A stretch of DNA of 64,000 nucleotides. Origin: a virus. Shown here one piece after another: positions 59,015 to 64,000 of this stretch. Below the pieces are notes generated by a model. That model was not told where the DNA came from. It searched no databases and was given only the letters and a program-made list of their open reading frames with translations. The number at the start of each line of letters is the position of its first letter. Positions within the stretch are counted from its first letter, which is position 1. The stretch is from positions 64,001 through 128,000 of the IMG/VR virus record IMGVR_UViG_3300048592_000962; one strand, written 5' to 3'. The translations under genes were made by a program, and so were the position numbers.

Positions 59015-59239
59015 TCATTTCGACGGTCTCCAGTGCACGCCCAGGTGCTTCTTGGGAATCGACAGCGGTTTCCCGAGACCTCGCCCGAAGGTGACGCGCG
59101 TGCCTACGTCGTACGCCGTGACGACCTCGACGCGCACGATTCGAGGGCGACGACCAACGCGAGCCTTCCCCGGCCGAAAGTTTCTGTACGGGTCCGCCTC
59201 GATGAACACGTCCCCGATCTTGACCTCCGCCGCATCCAT
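59015..59239 (-). CDS. Hypothetical small beta protein
   Basis: First gene after the leftward promoter. Confidence 0.6.
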   Translation of the reverse strand: MDAAEVKIGDVFIEADPYRNFRPGKARVGRRPRIVRVEVVTAYDVGTRVTFGRGLGKPLSIPKKHLGVHWRPSK

Positions 59240-59248
59240 AGTCCGTCG

Positions 59249-59287
59249 AAGGTACCGCTTGTCAGACAAGGCGTCAAGCGATACCAT
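59249..59287. promoter_or_regulatory. Overlapping divergent promoters sharing a 13-bp palindrome
   Basis: - strand TTGACG-N17-TACCTT; + strand TTGTCA-N17-TACCAT; CTTGTCAGACAAG 59258-59270. Confidence 0.8.
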
Positions 59288-59294
59288 GCGGCGC

Positions 59295-59792
59295 ATGAAT
59301 CTCTACGAGTTGGTCGATTCGTTCCGTGCGATCGGATCGGTGCTGGATGACCCGGAGTCGGACGAAGCGGAGATCGACAGCGCTCTCACCCTGTTCGACG
59401 ACGTCAAGGGCGAGCTGAACACCAAGGTCGACACCATCTGCCGCATCTTCCGCGGCATCGACGGCGACATCGAGAAGCTCAAGCGCGAGGAAGAGCGGCT
59501 GCGCAAACGGCGCCAGGCCCTGGAGAACCGTCGCGAACGTCTGCGCGAGTGGGTGAGGCTGACGATGGCGGTGCTCGACGTGCCGAAGATCAAGACGGAG
59601 CTGTTCACGGTTTCGCTCGTCAAGGGACGGGACAACCTCGTGGTCATCGACGAAGCTGCGGTGCCGGAGGAGTACAAGAAGACCACCGTCTCGATCCGCA
59701 AGGCCGAGATGAACGCCGACTTCCGCGCCCACGGCGTCATCCCGCCCGGCACCGAGGTCCAACCTGGTGAGCCCGAACTCAGGATCCGCTGA
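59295..59792 (+). CDS. Siphovirus Gp157-family protein
   Basis: MNLYEL..KVD.I..I..LK.EE.RL..RR..LEN..L..KIKTELFTVS..VIDE..VP.EY..G..PG. Confidence 0.85.
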   Translation: MNLYELVDSFRAIGSVLDDPESDEAEIDSALTLFDDVKGELNTKVDTICRIFRGIDGDIEKLKREEERLRKRRQALENRRERLREWVRLTMAVLDVPKIKTELFTVSLVKGRDNLVVIDEAAVPEEYKKTTVSIRKAEMNADFRAHGVIPPGTEVQPGEPELRIR

Positions 59793-60229
59793 TGCGCAAG
59801 CCGCCCCCACCGCTCAAGCGCGTTGGCTACTGGAAGTCGACGAAGGACGCTCCGAATCCGATCGCTTCGACCGCCACGGAGCTGACGCTCGCGTACCTCA
59901 GCAAGCTGAGCCCCAAGGCCGCCGAGGCGCTCGCGTCACTCGCGGTCGGCATCACCGAAGCCGACCTTCTCGACCCCCGAGCCCTGGTCGACGCCAACTG
60001 GCATCCGCTGGAGAAACAGCTCGTGCTCGCGCACCTGAAGCGCGGGAAGGTCCATCAGGCGTGGATGGGCTTCTCGAACTGCCGATTCTGCGGATGCGAG
60101 AACGGCACGCGCGACATGTCCGACGGGGTCTACGTGTGGCCCGAAGGATTCGCGCACTATCTGCTCGTGCACCACGTACGACCTCCACAGGAGTTCGTGG
60201 CACACGTGCTTCGGCAGGCGAAGCGTTAG
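59792..60229 (+). CDS. Conserved hypothetical protein
   Basis: VGYW..MGFS.CRFCG..NG..SDG.YVWPEG.AHY...H.VRPP.EF. Confidence 0.7.
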   Translation: MRKPPPPLKRVGYWKSTKDAPNPIASTATELTLAYLSKLSPKAAEALASLAVGITEADLLDPRALVDANWHPLEKQLVLAHLKRGKVHQAWMGFSNCRFCGCENGTRDMSDGVYVWPEGFAHYLLVHHVRPPQEFVAHVLRQAKR

Positions 60230-60255
60230 AACCTCTGGACACGCTTCCAGCCGGG

Positions 60256-61818
60256 TCACCTGCTCCACCGATCGCCGTCGATCATCCCGAGCGCCAGCGG
60301 ATCGAACAAGAACAGCGCGCCGCTGGAGTCGCCAGCTCTCACGTTCTCCACCGTCTCGGGGAACTGCGTAGACGAGTCGAACTCAGCGTTACTAAGCCTG
60401 GTGTTGTCGTTCATCTTCGCGACTCTAAAGTCCGTGCCGAAGAGCAATGTTCCGGTGAAATCCGTGTACTGAATGTCGGCGCCAGCGAACGACATGCCTG
60501 ACAAGTCGAGTCCCGCGAAATTTACGTTGGCCGTCTTGGTGTTGCTTAGATCTATGGACCTAAACTGGTCCGAGTCAGGCTCAAAGCCGTAGTAGTCAGA
60601 AACAAAGTCGAGCCCAGGCTGAAGGTTGAACGCCAGCCACTGCCTCTCCGGAGGCTGACCATGCTTCTTAGCCATCAAGTCGCGCTTCGTCTCTTGCTCG
60701 TGATCTTCGTACTCCGCGATGTAGAACGTCAACTGTATGACAGCGCTTGCGTCGACGATCGGTAGCGATCGAATCGTCTGAAGCGTCATCTGCGCAATCG
60801 CAAGCGTGACATCGTACACTTCCTCGTGCTCCAGCGGAGGGTCGTTCTGCTTTCCTTTCTGAAGCACGTACGAGATGAACTCCTCAGATCCGATGTCCGA
60901 GTTGCCGTGACCGTAGATCTGAATAACGAGCCCCTCTCTCTGCGTATCCAGTTTCAGCTCGCCCGTCGATCTCCTCCTGGTCATGGCGCCGCCGACCTCG
61001 ATCGTCACGTACGGCACGTCGTCGGGGTCGCGAATCGAGTAGATCACTGACTCCTCGTTCGCCACGGCTTCGCAGTAGGTGCCGACGCAGTGCGACATGG
61101 CCTTGCCCTCGTCCTTGAGAGCCTTCGGTGTCGTGAGCCGCTGCGCCGTCCATCCGGACTCGAACCTCAACACCACCTCTCCCCGCTCCACAGCTCCCTT
61201 CGCTACGAAGTCCGCCGATGCCTGCAACACCTCCTCGGCGGACATCTTCATGATGTCAACACCGTTTTTCTTCGCCCACTGAGCGATGAGGCTGAGACGT
61301 CTTGCAAGCTGATCGTACACGTGCTCGCGACGTTCCTCCGCGCGATCAACCGCGCCAACATCTGCCGAGTCGAGATTGAAGATCGCATTGGCCTGACGCG
61401 ACATCTCCCTGGCCACCCAGGGAATAAGCTTGTCTACATCGCTCTTTAGCCGCATCACGCCGCCCGCAAACCCACGGTCATCGGTCATGATGTGCAACAT
61501 GAACTTCAGTGCGACAACCAGCTCCTTCGTCGACTGAGCCTCGCGCAGCTGTGCCGCGGACAGATGCCGCTGCCTTGGTGACAGCAAAGCTGGGAAAAGA
61601 TGGCCGTCACTCGAAAATGACTTGTTCAGGACCACTTTTGCTGTTGACGCCGGAGTGCGCCACAGAAGAGAGCCTTGAAGATCTTTGTTCGGATCGTCGA
61701 TGCCAAGTGCTGGCATGACAATGCCGATCGTATCCCATACGACCCACGGCTGACGTTCCATGTACGTCTTGACTACGAAATCCAGCTTCGATAGCGGCGG
61801 GTTCTTCAGCATGATCAA
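60256..61818 (-). CDS. PcfJ-like domain protein with C-terminal pentapeptide repeats
   Basis: LKDEGKAMSHCVGTY..IYSIRD..PYVTIEV; IDLSN TKTAN VNFAG LDLSG MSFAG ADIQY TDFTG TLLFG TDFRV. Confidence 0.75.
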   Translation of the reverse strand: MIMLKNPPLSKLDFVVKTYMERQPWVVWDTIGIVMPALGIDDPNKDLQGSLLWRTPASTAKVVLNKSFSSDGHLFPALLSPRQRHLSAAQLREAQSTKELVVALKFMLHIMTDDRGFAGGVMRLKSDVDKLIPWVAREMSRQANAIFNLDSADVGAVDRAEERREHVYDQLARRLSLIAQWAKKNGVDIMKMSAEEVLQASADFVAKGAVERGEVVLRFESGWTAQRLTTPKALKDEGKAMSHCVGTYCEAVANEESVIYSIRDPDDVPYVTIEVGGAMTRRRSTGELKLDTQREGLVIQIYGHGNSDIGSEEFISYVLQKGKQNDPPLEHEEVYDVTLAIAQMTLQTIRSLPIVDASAVIQLTFYIAEYEDHEQETKRDLMAKKHGQPPERQWLAFNLQPGLDFVSDYYGFEPDSDQFRSIDLSNTKTANVNFAGLDLSGMSFAGADIQYTDFTGTLLFGTDFRVAKMNDNTRLSNAEFDSSTQFPETVENVRAGDSSGALFLFDPLALGMIDGDRWSR

Positions 61819-62327
61819 AGCTCCAGTGGCTCCACTTCGCTCAGCGGATTCGGGTCAGCCCATTCCGTTTCGACCCACTCACCGTCCTCGTCGTCGTGTT
61901 CCTCGATGTGCAAGGCAAGCTCGATGTCGACACCATCCGATGGGTCAACCCACTCCTCGCCGTTCCACAAGTAGATGCCGCTGCTGTCGATGGGCTCTCT
62001 CGTGAACCAGGCCTGAGCCAATGCGTCTCGCGTTCCCACCGTGTCTTCTTCGATAGGGAGTTCGTCTGGATAGAACTGGACGTCTTCTGTATCGATCGCG
62101 AGCACGACTGGTACGAGCAAATCTTCCAACGGATTGTCAGAGTTATGCTCGGCCAAGTCGACCATGCGCTGGTACCAGTAGCCAATGCCCTCTTCTTCCG
62201 TGAGGAAGATGCGGCCCTTGGAGTGACCGTCGTACCCGCCTCCGTAGTTGCTTCGCCCGCCCGGCTCCAAACCGCGCTTCGCGATCCCAGGGAGGTTGGC
62301 GGCGTACGTGACGTGATACAGGATCAC
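61815..62327 (-). CDS. ADP-ribosyltransferase / Tpt1-fold-like protein with acidic tail
   Basis: LYHVT..NL.GI...GL.P..IFLT..VVLAID..AWFTREPI. Confidence 0.6.
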   Translation of the reverse strand: MILYHVTYAANLPGIAKRGLEPGGRSNYGGGYDGHSKGRIFLTEEEGIGYWYQRMVDLAEHNSDNPLEDLLVPVVLAIDTEDVQFYPDELPIEEDTVGTRDALAQAWFTREPIDSSGIYLWNGEEWVDPSDGVDIELALHIEEHDDEDGEWVETEWADPNPLSEVEPLEL

Positions 62328-62328
62328 T

Positions 62329-62934
62329 TCAGACTCCGTAGTCGAGCCAGACGGCGTTGCCAGACGAGTCGAGGCCGAAGTTGCCTTCGTACGTGTCCAG
62401 GTCCACGTCCGGCTCATCTTCGAGTCGTCGAATGGTCCGCAGGCCGTCGACCAGGTGCTCTGCCCATCGCTGCTGCTCTTCGTCCAGATCGTCCCAGTCT
62501 TCGAGATCGGAGAGCCTTCGCCGACCCTCGTACCCAAACCAAACCTCGACGACCGACACAGCAGCGCGGAGCCGCTTCTTCTGCCTAGACGGCAGCACGA
62601 GGTACTCCTTGCACTTCTCGACCACCATCGCGCACGCCGTGTCGTTATCCTTGAATCTCACGCGAACGAACGATCGCACCTCGGGCCAACCCGCGACCTT
62701 CCCCTTCTTGTACAGCCTCGACGCGTAGCGACAGTCGATTTCGTTGATCGTAAACTTCACGATGTTGTCGCTGCCTGTGACGAAGAACGCGACAGACGAG
62801 TTGCCGTACGCCAGCATGCGCAGCGGTCTCTTGCCCACGAGTCGTCGAAATTCTTCGTCCTTCGAGATGACTTCGGAGAGAATCTTGCGCGCGGCTGAAA
62901 CGTCGTCGGTCGAGAGAGCGGGGTTCGGATTCAT
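62329..62934 (-). CDS. Minimal atypical protein-kinase-like protein
   Basis: LAYGNSSVAF, IVKFT, MVVEK, LDTYEGNFG, VWLDYG. Confidence 0.7.
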   Translation of the reverse strand: MNPNPALSTDDVSAARKILSEVISKDEEFRRLVGKRPLRMLAYGNSSVAFFVTGSDNIVKFTINEIDCRYASRLYKKGKVAGWPEVRSFVRVRFKDNDTACAMVVEKCKEYLVLPSRQKKRLRAAVSVVEVWFGYEGRRRLSDLEDWDDLDEEQQRWAEHLVDGLRTIRRLEDEPDVDLDTYEGNFGLDSSGNAVWLDYGV

Positions 62935-63257
62935 ACCCTGACCGTGAAGTTTGAGATAGAGCCGTTGATGGCAAACGCGCCCGACGATGTCCCGCCTCGG
63001 GCTCCGGTTGCACGAAAGGTGTAGGACGACGGAGCGAGGTCGAAGATCGAGAAGCGGCCAGCGACCGATCTCGCCACGCCCACCAGCGTCGACCCCCGAT
63101 ACACGTTCACCGTTGCATCCGTGGGACGTCCTGCTGAGTCGATGACCCGCCCCTGCGCGACAACACGCGAGCCGCGCGACAAGTCACGCGGGGCACCCTG
63201 CATGAGCAGGGATGCAAATCTTCGAGGTATGTATCGTGCCTTGAACGCGTAGCTCAT
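62931..63257 (-). CDS. MSY-start protein with carboxypeptidase-regulatory / Ig-like beta domain
   Basis: MSYAF; GRVIDSAGRP.DATVNVY..GRFSI.DLAPSSYTFRA. Confidence 0.65.
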   Translation of the reverse strand: MSYAFKARYIPRRFASLLMQGAPRDLSRGSRVVAQGRVIDSAGRPTDATVNVYRGSTLVGVARSVAGRFSIFDLAPSSYTFRATGARGGTSSGAFAINGSISNFTVRV

Positions 63258-63264
63258 GTGTTCC

Positions 63265-63999
63265 TCACAGCGGATCGTGCCAAGAGTTTGTCACCATCGC
63301 ATCTGCCCAGCCGGGCGCGTGCTCTTCGTCTTCTTCGCCGTCGCGATCGATGATGTTCCCGTCGTCACCAACTCGGCGCATATCGACCAGCGACGCTGCC
63401 TCTTCAGCAGTCATCGCTGGCGCAATGCGCTCCCGATTGCGCCGCAACGCTGGCGGAAGCTCGGGCTGCACCATCTCGCCAAGCACAACCTGAAGCGCTT
63501 CTTCCTCCGACAGGTTCGCGCCGTCCACCACAGCAGCTGCCGTGGCCACCTTGTCCGCGAGCAGTAGCGCCATCGCCGCATCCATCGTGCCCTCGCCGTC
63601 GTAGTACGTGATGGTCAGCTCGTTTTTCTGGCCGATTCGATGACAGTTGTGAACCACGGCTTGCCCAACAACAAAGCTTTCGTCTGACGCCACAGTGAGA
63701 TCGTGAACGCGCGGGAACTGTCCGCCGAACTCTTTCTTGTAGGTGGCAGCCGTAGACGTCTTTACGCTGCTTACTGGATGATACACGAATCTGTCATCCC
63801 AAACGCAAAGTGCCGGCGCCGACGATCTTGATCCGTCCGTGTACCCAACAACAATCTGCCCCTCGTTATCGCCTGACACGAACCTGAACGTGGCCGAATC
63901 CTTTGTGGCAAGAATCGCCATGTGAGCCCATGTCGCAAGAGCTGGGGATACAGTAACAACCTCAGACTGCGACTTCCTTCGGTACCCATCGCCGTCGAT
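63265..63999 (-). CDS. C-terminus of SNF2/SF2 helicase interrupted by an intein (5' part outside the window)
   Basis: Helicase motif VI CHRIGQKN directly after intein end VHDLTV..SFVV...VVHN. Confidence 0.85.
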   Translation of the reverse strand: MDGDGYRRKSQSEVVTVSPALATWAHMAILATKDSATFRFVSGDNEGQIVVGYTDGSRSSAPALCVWDDRFVYHPVSSVKTSTAATYKKEFGGQFPRVHDLTVASDESFVVGQAVVHNCHRIGQKNELTITYYDGEGTMDAAMALLLADKVATAAAVVDGANLSEEEALQVVLGEMVQPELPPALRRNRERIAPAMTAEEAASLVDMRRVGDDGNIIDRDGEEDEEHAPGWADAMVTNSWHDPL

Positions 64000-64000
64000 G
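63646..64000 (-). mobile_element. Intein (C-terminal part) with LAGLIDADG remnant
   Basis: IDGDG motif at the window edge; block F/G VHDLTVASDESFVVGQAVVHN followed by Cys+1. Confidence 0.85.

Larger units (their letters stand above)
48843..59239 (-). other. Second leftward run of short accessory/early genes
   Basis: Consecutive coupled - strand ORFs downstream of promoters at 59249-59277 and 55515-55544. Confidence 0.75.

Noticed and set aside
1-64000. tRNA, rRNA, integrase/att sites, IS elements
   Set aside because: None recognised by eye; not excluded without tRNAscan/Infernal

Overview
GC-rich, densely coding 64-kb fragment of what looks like a large bacterial virus genome. No rRNA, tRNA, integrase, terminase, portal or tail genes were recognised. 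The host is probably a myxobacterium; this is inferred from a GltG/AgmX-like FHA domain and the GC content. The left half (1-35 kb, mostly + strand) holds three putative jelly-roll capsid-like genes interrupted by a LAGLIDADG-IbrAB cassette. It also holds a lysis cassette, many small membrane proteins sharing MSY / xLGQ / basic-tail motifs, a glycosyltransferase-methyltransferase operon, a UvrD helicase and two of three atypical protein kinases. The right half (35-59 kb, mostly - strand) is a run of small early/accessory genes (ndk, thyA, DUF550, MazG-like, SpoT-type HD hydrolase, FHA, DUF1643). It is followed by Gp157, a kinase/ART-like/PcfJ module and an intein-containing SNF2 helicase cut by the window edge. 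The most striking non-coding feature is a 15-unit array with 36-bp period at about 15805-16351, built as 9-nt edge repeat / 9-nt spacer / 9-nt loop repeat / 9-nt spacer. This is the architecture of a TIGR guide-RNA array. It has its own promoter, but no Nop-domain Tas gene is recognisable anywhere in the window. Other non-coding signals are a TGTC(T/A/G)GAC(A/G) palindrome in at least 7 promoters, a long structured intergenic element (5436-5557) and a candidate small RNA (about 21337-21437). All protein calls come from motif recognition by eye; no database searches were run.
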